NCBI GenBank assembly: GCA_021821305.1
Contig: JAKACP010000001.1
Coordinates: forward strand, 260,934 to 324,933
Origin: a bacterium
GTDB lineage: Bacteria > Patescibacteriota > Minisyncoccia > Moranbacterales > UBA1568
Length of the DNA: 64,000 bases
Direction: 5' to 3'
A program made the translations under genes and the position numbers. Below, one piece after another: positions 27,395 to 40,720 of the stretch. The first letter of the stretch is position 1. The number at the start of each line of letters is the position of its first letter. The notes below the pieces were generated by a model. The model had not been told where the DNA came from and ran no database searches. It saw only the letters and a list, made by a program, of their open reading frames with translations.

Positions 27395-28150
27395 ATGGAG
27401 ATATCGATCGCCGCTGAGAAATTATTCTCGTTCTTCGGATTTCCGATGACGAACGCGTTCATCTGGACGATCGCGGTGAGCGGGTCGCTCGCGTCGATCG
27501 CGGTGCTGTCCCGGTCGCGGTTCCGGGAGATTCCGACGGGGTTCCAAAACGTCGTCGAAGCGGTATTCGAGAGTCTCCTCGATCTCGTCGACAGCGTCAT
27601 GAAGGACCGGACGCAGACGGCGCGGTTCTTCCCCTTGATCGCGACCATATTCCTGTTCGTACTGTTCTCGAACTGGCTGGGCCTGCTCCCGGGTCTCGGC
27701 ACGGTCGGTCTTTCGGCCTCGCACGAGGGTCAGGCGACGATCGTCCCGTTCCTCCGGAGCGGTTCGGCCGATCTCAATACCACGCTCGCGCTGTCGCTCA
27801 TCGTCGTTTTCACCATACAGGCCGCGGGCATCATGGCGCTCGGACTCCGCGGGTACGCGAAGAAGTTCTTCATAAGCCCGATGCACAAACCGTACGTCAT
27901 CGGAACGTTCGTCGGACTCCTCGAACTGCTCGGGGAAGCGACGAAGATCCTCTCGTTCTCGTTCCGTCTGTTCGGCAACGTGTTCGCTGGCGAAGTGCTC
28001 CTCACGGTGATGCTGCACCTCGTTCCCTATTTCCTGCCGCTCCCGTTCCTCCTGTTCGAGGTATTCGTGGGCTTTATCCAGGCGTTCGTTTTTGCTATGC
28101 TGACCTTGGTGTTCCTCAAGATGGCGATGCTCCCGGCGGAGGAGCACTGA
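27395..28150 (+). CDS. atpB: F0F1 ATP synthase subunit a
   Basis: Polytopic, with a conserved C-terminal R (..RLFGNVFAGE..). The ATG at 27395 is preferred over the GTG at 27356, which lies upstream of the promoter -10 spacing. Confidence 0.85.
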   Translation: MEISIAAEKLFSFFGFPMTNAFIWTIAVSGSLASIAVLSRSRFREIPTGFQNVVEAVFESLLDLVDSVMKDRTQTARFFPLIATIFLFVLFSNWLGLLPGLGTVGLSASHEGQATIVPFLRSGSADLNTTLALSLIVVFTIQAAGIMALGLRGYAKKFFISPMHKPYVIGTFVGLLELLGEATKILSFSFRLFGNVFAGEVLLTVMLHLVPYFLPLPFLLFEVFVGFIQAFVFAMLTLVFLKMAMLPAEEH

Positions 28151-28201
28151 GATTGGAGTGCTACGGACCCGGGACTTCCCAGAGAAATCCCGAGTCCGTA
28201 A

Positions 28202-28483
<282 letters not shown>

Positions 28484-28484
28484 A

Positions 28485-28601
28485 CATCCATATTCGGCGA
28501 ACTTCTTCGTTGCGACCTCCGATGCTCGCCGCTGTACCTGAATCGGTACAGCCTGGCTCCGCTTCTCGGCTGCGCCTCGGATTTCATCCGAATATGAATG
28601 T
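28485..28601 (+). other. about 117-nt structured intergenic element between atpE and atpF (16-bp outer stem plus internal hairpins)
   Basis: aaacatccatattcgg at 28485-28500 pairs with ccgaatatgaatgttt at 28586-28601. Internal perfect hairpin ctgtacc-tgaatc-ggtacag. Shares cggatttcatc with the MITE-like element. Confidence 0.5.
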
Positions 28602-28623
28602 TTCCTAGAGTAGAGAGACGCCT

Positions 28624-29115
28624 ATGGAAGCTCTGCACAATCTCGGTATCGATGGGAAACTCCTCCTCGCGCAGGTGGTGAACTTTCTCATTCTTCTCTT
28701 CATCCTGCGGAAATTCGCCTATCGCCCCATGCTCGAATTCCTCGAGAAGCGGACGGCGCGGATCGAACAGGGGATCAAGGATGCCGAGGCCGCCGGCAAG
28801 CGCCTCGAGGAAGCGGCTCGCAAGGAGGAAAAGATGCTCGTCCAGGCCCGCGAAGAGGCGAGGAGCCTCGTAGCGAAGGCTGAGATCGCCGCCGAGAAGC
28901 GCGCGGAGGCGATCATGGATGCGGTGGAGTTGAAGTCGCAGGCGATCTTCGCGGAGTCGAAGAAGCACGCCGAGGCGGAGCGCGAAAAGATCTTCCGCGA
29001 AGCCAAGGAAGAGCTCGCTTCGCTCGTGCTCCTCGCGACGGGCAAGATGCTCAAGGAGAAGTCGGAAGGCAAGAACGACCGGGAATTGGCGGAGCGGTTC
29101 CTCGGGACCCGGTAA
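28624..29115 (+). CDS. atpF: F0F1 ATP synthase subunit b
   Basis: N-terminal TM segment followed by a long charged coiled coil (A/E/K/R-rich). Confidence 0.85.
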   Translation: MEALHNLGIDGKLLLAQVVNFLILLFILRKFAYRPMLEFLEKRTARIEQGIKDAEAAGKRLEEAARKEEKMLVQAREEARSLVAKAEIAAEKRAEAIMDAVELKSQAIFAESKKHAEAEREKIFREAKEELASLVLLATGKMLKEKSEGKNDRELAERFLGTR

Positions 29116-29128
29116 GGACTGAACCATT

Positions 29129-29524
29129 ATGCGTCTCACGGCCTCACAATATGCGAAAGCCCTTCTCGCGCTCTCCGCGGGAGCGGAAGACCCGAAACGA
29201 GTCGCGTCGTCGTTCCTTTCGTATGCCCGCAAGAATCGTCTGACGAAGAAGCTTCCGGACATCCTGCGGATATTCGAGGGACTGTCGGAGGCGAAGGCGG
29301 GGAAGCTCTCGCTCTCGATCGAGACGGCGCGGAGCGCGGACGCGGCCGAACGGGAGGCGCTCGGCCGGTTGGCCGAAGCCTCGTTTCCGGGGAAGAAGCT
29401 TTTGCTTCGCTATGTCGTGAATGCCGACCTCGTGGGCGGGGTGAGGATGCTGTCTTCCGATGAGATGGTCGATGCGACGGCGAAGAGGAGGCTGCGGGAA
29501 CTCGAGTCACGGATCAAGGGATGA
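29129..29524 (+). CDS. atpH: F0F1 ATP synthase subunit delta (short form)
   Basis: Position between b and alpha, and the OSCP-like C-terminal motif (VVNADLVGGVRM). Only 131 aa. Confidence 0.65.
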   Translation: MRLTASQYAKALLALSAGAEDPKRVASSFLSYARKNRLTKKLPDILRIFEGLSEAKAGKLSLSIETARSADAAEREALGRLAEASFPGKKLLLRYVVNADLVGGVRMLSSDEMVDATAKRRLRELESRIKG

Positions 29525-29596
29525 TTTGCGATCGGGGATTTATGATCTACGAAGAGATTCCTAGATCCTAAATCCAGATTCATAAATCGAATACCT

Positions 29597-31099
<1,503 letters not shown>

Positions 31100-31145
31100 G
31101 ACATGCGGATTCGATCCGCGCTCATCAATCGGTGATTCAGGAAAT

Positions 31146-32048
31146 ATGGCTTCAGCTCGGGACATACAAAGGCGGATAAAAGGCGTCCGATCGACCGGGA
31201 AAATCACCCGGGCGATGGAGATGATTTCGGCCGTCAAGATGCGTCGGGCGGTCTCGGCGGTCATGAACGTGCGGCCGTACGCGAAGAGCGTGTTGGTCGT
31301 GCTCCGACAGCTCGCGATGGTGGAGCGGAGCGAGAGCCACCCGTTTCTCACGGATCGGCCGGTAAAGAAGGCGATCTACGTCGTCATCGGATCGAACCGG
31401 GGTCTCTGCGGATCATTCAACTCGCAGGTCTCGCGGCGTCTTCGGACGGTTCTCGAGGAGGATCGCGGGCGCGAGGCGGAATATGTCACCATCGGACGCA
31501 AGGCGGACGCCATGGTGCGCCGGCTGGGGGGAGATATCATCGCGTCGTTTCCGGACATCCTCCCGGCGCCGGAAGTGTCGAAGATCCGACCGATCGCGAA
31601 ACTGCTCGTGGAGCGGTTCCTCTCGGGGGAGACCGACCGCGTGGTGATGGTCTACACCGACTTCGTCTCCGTGCTCTCGCAGGTCGTGAAGGTCCGCGCG
31701 TTGCTTCCGATCGTCGAGAAGGACGTGTTGAAGGCGCTCCACGAGATGTATCCTGATACCGGAACGGACGAGGCCGTCCGATCCGACGCGGAGTACGTCA
31801 TCGAACCGTCGTCCAAGGAAGTGCTCGACGGGCTCGTGCTCCAGCTCCTCACGATGGAGCTCTACCACGGCGTGCTCGAGTCGAACGCGTCCAAGGAAGC
31901 GGCGAGGATGATGGCGATGCGCAATGCGACTGACGCGGCCAAGGACATGGTCTCGGGATTGACGCTCGCGTACAATCAGATCCGGCAGGCCAAGATCACG
32001 GCCGAGATCGCGGAACTCTCGGCGGGCAAGGCGGCGCTTGAGAATTAG
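31146..32048 (+). CDS. atpG: F0F1 ATP synthase subunit gamma
   Basis: 300 aa, conserved gamma N- and C-terminal helices (..ITAEIAELSAG..). Confidence 0.9.
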   Translation: MASARDIQRRIKGVRSTGKITRAMEMISAVKMRRAVSAVMNVRPYAKSVLVVLRQLAMVERSESHPFLTDRPVKKAIYVVIGSNRGLCGSFNSQVSRRLRTVLEEDRGREAEYVTIGRKADAMVRRLGGDIIASFPDILPAPEVSKIRPIAKLLVERFLSGETDRVVMVYTDFVSVLSQVVKVRALLPIVEKDVLKALHEMYPDTGTDEAVRSDAEYVIEPSSKEVLDGLVLQLLTMELYHGVLESNASKEAARMMAMRNATDAAKDMVSGLTLAYNQIRQAKITAEIAELSAGKAALEN

Positions 32049-33521
<1,473 letters not shown>

Positions 33522-33538
33522 CCCGAACATCGGAAAGT

Positions 33539-33988
33539 ATGTCGCTCATCCGACTGAAAATCGTCACCCCCGAAAAGCTCGTACTCGAACAGGAGGCGTA
33601 TTCGGTGACGCTCCCGGTCATCGGCGGAGAAGTGACGATCCTTCCTGACCACATTCCCTACATAGGATCGCTCGCTCCCGGGGAGATATTCATCCGCCGG
33701 GAGATCGAAGGCGAACCGGAAGCCCTCGCGACCTCGGGCGGATTCGTGGAATTTCACGGGAACACGCTCACCTTGCTCGCCGATACGGCGGAAGCGGCCG
33801 AAGAGATCGATATCGACCGCGCCGAGGAGGGCCGAAAACGCGCGGAAGAGCTCATGCGCGAACGCGGTTCGATCGATGAGGAGGAATATGCGCGTGTCGC
33901 CGCATCCCTCGAGAAACAGCTTATCCGCCTCAAAGTCGCGCGGAAGCATCGGAGCCGCGGCGGATTCACCCTGCCGGAAGAGGAGTAA
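33539..33988 (+). CDS. atpC: F0F1 ATP synthase subunit epsilon
   Basis: Beta-sandwich N-terminus (LKIVTPEK..) and a helical C-terminus. Confidence 0.85.
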   Translation: MSLIRLKIVTPEKLVLEQEAYSVTLPVIGGEVTILPDHIPYIGSLAPGEIFIRREIEGEPEALATSGGFVEFHGNTLTLLADTAEAAEEIDIDRAEEGRKRAEELMRERGSIDEEEYARVAASLEKQLIRLKVARKHRSRGGFTLPEEE

Positions 33989-34013
33989 TCTTGAAGAAAA
34001 GTCCGCATTGAAG

Positions 34014-34044
34014 TACGATAGCACGGTAAGTGCTATCGTATTTT
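34014..34044 (+). terminator. intrinsic terminator after atp operon, abutting leuS start
   Basis: Hairpin tacgatagcac-ggtaa-gtgctatcgta followed by tttt. The leuS ATG is 4 nt after the T-tract. Confidence 0.6.
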
Positions 34045-34047
34045 CGT

Positions 34048-36459
34048 ATGGAGAGCCGGTACAGCCCGAAAACCATCGAGCCGAAATGGCAGGAAAAATG
34101 GGAGAAAAACGGGACTTTCCGGCACTATGACCGGCCGGAGAAATTTTACGTGCTCGACATGTTTCCGTACCCGTCCGGGTTCGGGCTCCATGTCGGCCAT
34201 CCGAAGGGATATATCGCGACCGACGTGGTCGCCCGGATGAAGCAGCTCCAAGGATACGCGGTGCTCCATCCGATGGGATGGGACGCGTTCGGACTGCCGG
34301 CGGAGCAGTTCGCCATCAAGAACAAGGTGCATCCGAGTGTCGCCACGAAACAAAATATCGCGACCTACAAGGAACAGATGCACCGGATCGGTTTCACCTA
34401 CGACTGGGATCGGGAAATCGACACCACGGACCCGGACTATTACAAATGGACGCAGTGGATATTCCTCAAGATGTGGGAAAAAGGACTCGCCTACGAATCG
34501 CATGAGCCGATCAACTGGTGTCCATCATGCCAGACGGGACTCGCGAACGAGGACCTTGAAGACGGTGCCTGCGAGCGATGCGGGACGCCGGTCGAGAAGA
34601 AGCCGATGCGCCAGTGGGTGCTCCGGATGACCGAATATGCGGACCGTCTGCTCTCCGATCTCGACCGGGAGGACCTCGACTGGGAGGAACAGATCAAGGA
34701 ACAGCAGCGAAACTGGATCGGGCGGAGCGAAGGCGCTGCCGTGCGTTTCGCGTTGGCGACGGAGGATCAGGCATCCGTCGAGGTGTTTACGACGCGCCTG
34801 GATACGATCTTCGGCTGCACCTATGTCGTCGTGGCACCGGAACATCCGATAGCCGAACACCAGGGAATCAGGAACCGGGCGGAGGTCACGGAGTACATCG
34901 GAAAAACGAGGAAAAAATCTGATCTGGAGCGCACGGAGCTCGCCAAGGAAAAGACCGGCGTGAAACTCGAGGGGATCGAGGCGGTCAATCCGTTCACGGA
35001 CGAGAAAGTGCCTGTGTTCGTCGCCGATTATGTTCTCGGATCGTACGGGACCGGAGCGGTCATGGCGGTTCCGGCGCACGATGAGCGCGATTTCGAGTTC
35101 GCGAAGAAATATGGCCTCCGTATCGTCGAAACGGTTTCGGGTGGTGATCCGGCGACGGAAGGCGCGTTCACCGACGATGGCGTACTGGTGAACTCCGGGG
35201 CATTCACCGGACTTTCGTCCGCTGAGGCGAGGGAAAAGATGACGGCATGGCTCGAGGAGAGGGGATTCGGGAAAGGAACGGTGAAATACAAGATGCGCGA
35301 CTGGACATTTTCCCGCCAGCGGTACTGGGGCGAGCCGATCCCGCTCATCCACTGCGAGAAATGCGGAGTGGTGCCGGTGCCGGAGGCGGACCTGCCGGTG
35401 AGGCTACCTGACGTGGAGTCGTATGAGCCGACCGGGACGGGCGAATCGCCGCTCGCGGATATCGACGAGTGGGTGAACGTGCCGTGCCCCTCGTGCGGCG
35501 GTGTGGGAAAACGCGAGACGAACACGATGCCGCAGTGGGCCGGGTCATGCTGGTACTATCTGCGCTATATCGATCCGAAGAACACGGAGTCGTTCGTGGG
35601 AAAGAAAGAGGAGAAACGATGGATGCCGGTCGACCTCTATGTCGGCGGAGCGGAACACGCGACGCGGCACCTTCTCTACTCACGGTTCTGGCACAAGTTC
35701 CTCTTCGATCTGGGCGTCGTCTCGACCGACGAGCCGTTCAAGCGCCTCGTGCACGTCGGCCTCATCAACGCGTCCGACGGGCGCAAGATGTCGAAGCGCT
35801 GGGGGAATGTGATCAATCCGGATGACATCATCGACGACTTCGGGGCCGACGCCCTGCGTCTCTATGAGATGTTCATGGGTCCCTTCACGCAGAATATCGC
35901 GTGGAATACCGAAGGACTCGTCGGGACGCGCCGATTCCTCGAAAAAGTATGGAAACTTTCTCCGGAAACGAGGGATGGACAACAGGCGATGGAAAGCAGG
36001 GAGTTGGAAGCGCTTCTGCATCGGACCATGCGGAAGGTTACGGAGGATATCGACGGATTCCGATTCAACACTGCCGTGAGCGGCCTCATGATTCTCGTGA
36101 ATGCGTTGGAAAAGGAATCGCGCATATCACGCGCCGCCTATGAGACGACCCTCATCCTCCTTTCCCCGTTCGCGCCGCACATCGCCGAGGAATTGTGGCA
36201 GGAGCTGGGGAACGAGCGCTCCATATTCCTCGGGAGCTGGCCGCAGTATGACCCGGAAAAACTGATCGAAGACGAGGTACGGATCGCGGTATCGGTGAAC
36301 GGAAAGGTCCGCGACACGTTCTCGGTTCCGCGGGATATCCCGGAGGAGGAGCTGAAATCGCAGGCGCTCGAGAGCGAAAACGTCCGGAGGCACATGGAGG
36401 GGAAGGAGCCGAAGCGGATCGTCGTCGTCCCGGGGCGCATCGTGAATATCGTCGTTTAG
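34048..36459 (+). CDS. leuS: leucine--tRNA ligase
   Basis: HIGH-type motif (PYPSGFGLHVGH), KMSKRWGN, and the CP1 editing domain. ATG at 34048 preferred over the GTG at 34030, which lies inside the hairpin. Confidence 0.95.
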   Translation: MESRYSPKTIEPKWQEKWEKNGTFRHYDRPEKFYVLDMFPYPSGFGLHVGHPKGYIATDVVARMKQLQGYAVLHPMGWDAFGLPAEQFAIKNKVHPSVATKQNIATYKEQMHRIGFTYDWDREIDTTDPDYYKWTQWIFLKMWEKGLAYESHEPINWCPSCQTGLANEDLEDGACERCGTPVEKKPMRQWVLRMTEYADRLLSDLDREDLDWEEQIKEQQRNWIGRSEGAAVRFALATEDQASVEVFTTRLDTIFGCTYVVVAPEHPIAEHQGIRNRAEVTEYIGKTRKKSDLERTELAKEKTGVKLEGIEAVNPFTDEKVPVFVADYVLGSYGTGAVMAVPAHDERDFEFAKKYGLRIVETVSGGDPATEGAFTDDGVLVNSGAFTGLSSAEAREKMTAWLEERGFGKGTVKYKMRDWTFSRQRYWGEPIPLIHCEKCGVVPVPEADLPVRLPDVESYEPTGTGESPLADIDEWVNVPCPSCGGVGKRETNTMPQWAGSCWYYLRYIDPKNTESFVGKKEEKRWMPVDLYVGGAEHATRHLLYSRFWHKFLFDLGVVSTDEPFKRLVHVGLINASDGRKMSKRWGNVINPDDIIDDFGADALRLYEMFMGPFTQNIAWNTEGLVGTRRFLEKVWKLSPETRDGQQAMESRELEALLHRTMRKVTEDIDGFRFNTAVSGLMILVNALEKESRISRAAYETTLILLSPFAPHIAEELWQELGNERSIFLGSWPQYDPEKLIEDEVRIAVSVNGKVRDTFSVPRDIPEEELKSQALESENVRRHMEGKEPKRIVVVPGRIVNIVV

Positions 36460-36468
36460 CCCAAGCAT

Positions 36469-37134
36469 ATGAAAACACACATACCGGAAATGCTGCCGCT
36501 CGAACGCCCGCTGGTCATCTTCGACCTCGAGACGACGGGTCTGACACCCGGCGAGGATCGCATGGTGGAGATCGCGTACGAGAAGATCTTCCCTTCGGGC
36601 GAGATACACGCGTCCGTCGTGCGGGTCAATCCTGGTATCCCGATGCCCGAGGATGCGAAGCGCATACACGGCATCAGTGATGAGGACGTGGCGGGTGCGC
36701 CGTCCTTCGCGAAGCTCGCGTATGAACTCTGGAGCGCGTTCGAAGGGGTCGATGTCGGCGGGTTCAACGTGCTCGGATTCGATCTCCCGTTTCTCCGGGG
36801 GGAATTCTCCACGGTGGGGAAGACGTTCGATTTCTCCACACGACGCGTGCTCGATGCCAAGATCCTCTATCACAAGATGGAACCTCGCGATGGGTTTTCC
36901 CCGCGAAACCTCTCCGCCGCGTACAAGCTCTACTGCGGCAAGCGCCATGAGACGGCGCACACCGGCGCGGGGGACGTCCGCGTGACGGTGGAGATCCTCG
37001 AGAAGATCCTCGAGAAGTATCCGGAGCTCCGGAACTGGGACACGCTCATGGAGCTGAACGGCCAGAAGAAACTGCTTGAATCGGCAAGGCCGGAGCATAC
37101 GCCGCTTGTCGGCCCGTCCGGAACATTGTTTTGA
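36469..37134 (+). CDS. DnaQ-like 3'-5' exonuclease (DEDDh family)
   Basis: Exo I FDLETTGL, Exo II-like GFNVLGFDLPFL, and Exo III H..GAGDV. Confidence 0.85.
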   Translation: MKTHIPEMLPLERPLVIFDLETTGLTPGEDRMVEIAYEKIFPSGEIHASVVRVNPGIPMPEDAKRIHGISDEDVAGAPSFAKLAYELWSAFEGVDVGGFNVLGFDLPFLRGEFSTVGKTFDFSTRRVLDAKILYHKMEPRDGFSPRNLSAAYKLYCGKRHETAHTGAGDVRVTVEILEKILEKYPELRNWDTLMELNGQKKLLESARPEHTPLVGPSGTLF

Positions 37135-37907
37135 ACTGTATGTCATTTATCGACGCGGTCATTCTCGGTATCGTGGAGGGGCTCTCGGAATTCCTTCCGA
37201 TCTCCTCGACGGGGCACCTCATTCTTGCGTCCCGACTGCTCTCGCTTGAGCAGACGGAATTCCTCAAGATGTTTGAGGTCGTGATCCAGCTCGGCGCGAT
37301 CCTGTCGGTCGTGACGCTCTACTGGCGCCGACTGTTCCTCGAATGGGAGACGATGAAGCGCATCGCTCTCGCCCTCGTTCCGTCGGTCGTCATCGGCGGG
37401 ATATTCTACTCCTCGATCAAGAAACTGTTCGAATCGGAGGCGACGGTGGTCGCCGCGCTCTTCCTCGGCGGTATCGCGATCATCGCCTTCGAACTTCTCC
37501 ACAAGGAGCGTGAGGACGCGGCTGAGGACATCTCCGTCATCCCGTATAAGACGGCGTTTTTCATCGGTATGTTCCAGACGCTTTCCGTCATCCCCGGCGT
37601 ATCCCGTGCGGGCGCGACCATACTCGGCGGACTGTTCCTCGGCATGAGACGCCGGGCGATCGTCGAATTCTCGTTTCTCCTCGCGGTGCCGACCATGATC
37701 GCCGCGAGCGCGATCGACCTGACGAAAAACGCGGGGAGTGTCGCGGAATCGGAGTGGCTGCTCCTCGCTGCGGGGTTCGCGGCTTCGTTCGTGGTGGCGA
37801 TTCTCGCGATCAAGTTCTTGCTCCGGTTCGTGGAGTCGCACACCTTCGTGCCGTTCGGAGTCTATCGTATCGTCGTCGCGGCGCTGTTTTTCATCTTCGT
37901 CATCTAG
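37131..37907 (+). CDS. uppP: undecaprenyl-diphosphate phosphatase
   Basis: BacA motifs GLSEFLPISSTGHL and PGVSRAG; 258 aa, polytopic. Confidence 0.95.
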   Translation: MNCMSFIDAVILGIVEGLSEFLPISSTGHLILASRLLSLEQTEFLKMFEVVIQLGAILSVVTLYWRRLFLEWETMKRIALALVPSVVIGGIFYSSIKKLFESEATVVAALFLGGIAIIAFELLHKEREDAAEDISVIPYKTAFFIGMFQTLSVIPGVSRAGATILGGLFLGMRRRAIVEFSFLLAVPTMIAASAIDLTKNAGSVAESEWLLLAAGFAASFVVAILAIKFLLRFVESHTFVPFGVYRIVVAALFFIFVI

Positions 37908-37910
37908 CAC

Positions 37911-38705
37911 ATGCCTATACTTTCAGGGAAACCCATAGCGGAGAAGATCCTTTCCGAAACGAAGGCGCGTATCGGGCAATCCGGTATCGTGCCGGGCCTC
38001 GGTATCGTGCTTGTCGGCGACGATGCGGCATCACGCATCTATGTCGAGCTCAAGGAAAAGCGCGCGCGCGAACTCGGCATACATGTCGTCAGGACGGAGC
38101 TTCCCATGACGGCGACGGAAACGGATGCCCTCGATGCCGTACGGGCGTTCAATGCCGATTCCTCGATCCATGGCATCATCATGCAACTGCCGCTCCCGGG
38201 GCATATCGATGCCGATCGCATCATCGCGGCGGTCGATCCGACCAAGGACGCGGACGGATTCATCGCAGGGGACCCCGTCTTTCCCGAGGCGATCATCGAG
38301 CTCGCGAAATCGGTCGCGGGGACGCTCTCGGGAAAAAAGGGAGTGGTGATCGCGAACTCCGAGCGCTTCGGAGAAACGATGAGACGCTCCCTCGAGCACC
38401 AAGGGATGGAAGCGGAGTATGTTCTGGGAGACTCCGTCGCCTTGGAGCGGATACGCGATGCCGATATCGTCGTGACCGCGCTCGGCCGACCCGACGCGCT
38501 TCCGAGGAATATGTTCAAAAAAGGCGCTATCGTGATCGATGGCGGTATCGCGAGAAAGGACGGGCGGACGCGAGGAGATGTCTCGTCGGAGGGGGATGGC
38601 GAGGACGTGTTCCTCTCTCCCGTTCCCGGAGGGGTCGGGCCGGTCACGATCGCGTGCCTCCTGCGGCGGGTCACGGATCTGGCTATACGAAAAACGGCCC
38701 TGTAG
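37911..38705 (+). CDS. folD: bifunctional methylenetetrahydrofolate dehydrogenase/cyclohydrolase
   Basis: FolD N-terminal sequence (GK.IA..I......GLG.VLVGDD.AS..YV) and a Rossmann C-terminus. Confidence 0.9.
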   Translation: MPILSGKPIAEKILSETKARIGQSGIVPGLGIVLVGDDAASRIYVELKEKRARELGIHVVRTELPMTATETDALDAVRAFNADSSIHGIIMQLPLPGHIDADRIIAAVDPTKDADGFIAGDPVFPEAIIELAKSVAGTLSGKKGVVIANSERFGETMRRSLEHQGMEAEYVLGDSVALERIRDADIVVTALGRPDALPRNMFKKGAIVIDGGIARKDGRTRGDVSSEGDGEDVFLSPVPGGVGPVTIACLLRRVTDLAIRKTAL

Positions 38706-38780
38706 GCCGTTTTTGCATAGGTGCCGGGGGAGACCCGCCCACTCCGCTCCGCGGAGCGTTTCGGGCAGGGACTCGATTTG

Positions 38781-38862
38781 TACCGCTGGTCGGAGTCGAA
38801 CCGACATGCCTCGCGGCACACGATTTTGAGTCGTGCGTGTCTACCAGTTCCACCACAGCGGC
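38781..38862 (-). tRNA. tRNA-Leu (anticodon CAA), class II with long variable arm
   Basis: Folded manually. Acceptor GCCGCTG/CAGCGGT (G1-U72). D-stem GTG/CAC with G18G19. Anticodon stem CACGA/TCGTG with loop CTCAAAA. Variable arm GCC-GCGA-GGC. T-arm GTCGG-TTCGACT-CCGAC. Discriminator A73. CCA not encoded. Confidence 0.8.
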
Positions 38863-38917
38863 ATACCGGGAGCATAGGGAATTGAAAAGGTCGTGTCAAT
38901 GATGTAGAATCGGGAAT

Positions 38918-39691
38918 ATGGCCAAGATCGTCGCATTCGTGAATCAGAAAGGCGGAGTCGGGAAAACGACTTCGACCATCAACGTCGCCCGATATCTCGC
39001 CGATCTCGGGAAAAAAGTGTTGCTTGTCGACCTCGACCCGCAGGGCAATGCGTCGTCGGGGCTCGGTATCGACCCGCGCGGCCTTGAGAAGAACCTCTAT
39101 CATGCCATGATCGGTGGGCTTTCGCCCAAGGAGATAATCTTGTCCACCGAAACGGAAGGGCTCCATATCATTCCCGCGGCGCAGGATCTGGCCGGTGCGG
39201 AGATCGAGATGGTGCATATCGACGCGCGTGAGTTCCGCCTCTATTCGGTGCTCCGTCAGGTGCGTTCGTTCTATGATTATATCCTGATCGACAGCCCGCC
39301 GTCGCTCGGGCTGCTCACGGTCAACGGGCTCGTGGCGAGCGACGAGGTCGTGATACCCGTACAGGCGGAATACTACGCGCTTGAGGGGCTCTCGCAACTT
39401 CTGGGAACGATAGAGCTCGTCCGTGAACGCCTGCAGCCGAACCTGAAGATCATGGGCGCGCTCGTCACGTTGTTCGATCGGCGCAATCGCCTCGCGCGGC
39501 AGGTGGTTTCCGAGGTGCAGAAACATTTCCCCGGGCCGGTCTTCGAGACGATTGTCCCGCGTTCCGTCCGACTCGCTGAGGCTCCGAGCTACGGGAAATC
39601 CATACTTGATTTTGACGCGTTCTCGAAGGGTGCCCGCGCATACAAAGCGGTCGCCAAGGAGATCATCGCGAGGGAAGAGGCGGCTCAGTAA
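38918..39691 (+). CDS. parA: ParA/Soj family chromosome partitioning ATPase
   Basis: Deviant Walker A KGGVGKTT; 257 aa. Confidence 0.9.
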   Translation: MAKIVAFVNQKGGVGKTTSTINVARYLADLGKKVLLVDLDPQGNASSGLGIDPRGLEKNLYHAMIGGLSPKEIILSTETEGLHIIPAAQDLAGAEIEMVHIDAREFRLYSVLRQVRSFYDYILIDSPPSLGLLTVNGLVASDEVVIPVQAEYYALEGLSQLLGTIELVRERLQPNLKIMGALVTLFDRRNRLARQVVSEVQKHFPGPVFETIVPRSVRLAEAPSYGKSILDFDAFSKGARAYKAVAKEIIAREEAAQ

Positions 39692-39710
39692 ACATATAGA
39701 GGAAGGCACT

Positions 39711-40664
39711 ATGGCAGCACAACAGCACGGACTCGGCCGGGGACTGTCCTCGCTCATCCCGCCGAGAAAAGACGATGGCAAGGATTCGCCGTTTCGCGAT
39801 ATGGTACTCAAGACCATGGCGGCGCAGGGCGTGTCCGTCGATGGCGCACCCGCATCGGCTGTCGCTTCTGAGGCGACCCCGTCGAAGAACGCCGTCGTGG
39901 AAGCGGCGATAGGATCCGTCGTTCCCAATCCGCATCAGCCTCGACTTCGCTTCGACGAGGAAAAGCTTCGGGAGCTCGCCCTGTCGATTCGGGAACACGG
40001 TATCCTCCAGCCGCTCGTCGTGACACCGCTTCCACAGGGGAAGTACGAGCTCATCGCCGGCGAGCGGAGACTCCAGGCCGCGAAACAGGCGGGGCTCGAG
40101 ACGGTACCGGTGCTCGTCCGTGATGCCGGGGAACAGCAGAAGCTCGAACTCGCCATCATCGAGAACGTCCAGCGCCATGACCTGAATCCGGTCGAGGAGG
40201 CCAAGGCATATGCGCGCCTCGTGGACGAATTCGACCTGACACAGGAGGAAACGGCCAAGAAAATGGGTAAAAGCCGAAGCTCGGTCGCGAACACGCTCCG
40301 CCTCCTGCTTCTCCCGGTCGAGATGCAGCGCGCGATCGGGGAAGGCAGGATCACCGAGGGCCATGCCAAGGCGCTCCTCGGCGTGGAGAATCCCGAAAGG
40401 CAGCGCGCGTTGTTCGAACTCATACTCAAGGACGGCTTGACCGTACGCGAGACGGAAACGAAGGCGAGGGAAATCTCGGTACGCCCGCACGTGCGGCGCG
40501 TCCCGACCATCCCGCCCGAACTCGCCGAGAAAGCGGATCGCCTTTCGGCGGCGTTCGGGACCAAGGTCGCCGTGAAGCCGTCCGGAAAAGGAGGACGGAT
40601 CGTCGTCGAATACTACTCCGACGAGGAACTCGACGGCATTCTCTCTCGCGTAGTGAGGGATTGA
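39711..40664 (+). CDS. parB: ParB/Spo0J family partition protein
   Basis: GLGRGL motif, ParB box (IENVQR), and an HTH. ATG at 39711; the upstream extension overlaps parA. Confidence 0.9.
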   Translation: MAAQQHGLGRGLSSLIPPRKDDGKDSPFRDMVLKTMAAQGVSVDGAPASAVASEATPSKNAVVEAAIGSVVPNPHQPRLRFDEEKLRELALSIREHGILQPLVVTPLPQGKYELIAGERRLQAAKQAGLETVPVLVRDAGEQQKLELAIIENVQRHDLNPVEEAKAYARLVDEFDLTQEETAKKMGKSRSSVANTLRLLLLPVEMQRAIGEGRITEGHAKALLGVENPERQRALFELILKDGLTVRETETKAREISVRPHVRRVPTIPPELAEKADRLSAAFGTKVAVKPSGKGGRIVVEYYSDEELDGILSRVVRD

Positions 40665-40720
40665 TACGAGGAGATATGATATAATTCTTCCGTAACCGAA
40701 AAACAAACACGAGACCACAT

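Noticed and set aside
34030-34047. GTG start for leuS at 34030
   Set aside because: It lies inside the atp-operon terminator hairpin. The ATG at 34048 gives a canonical LeuRS N-terminus.
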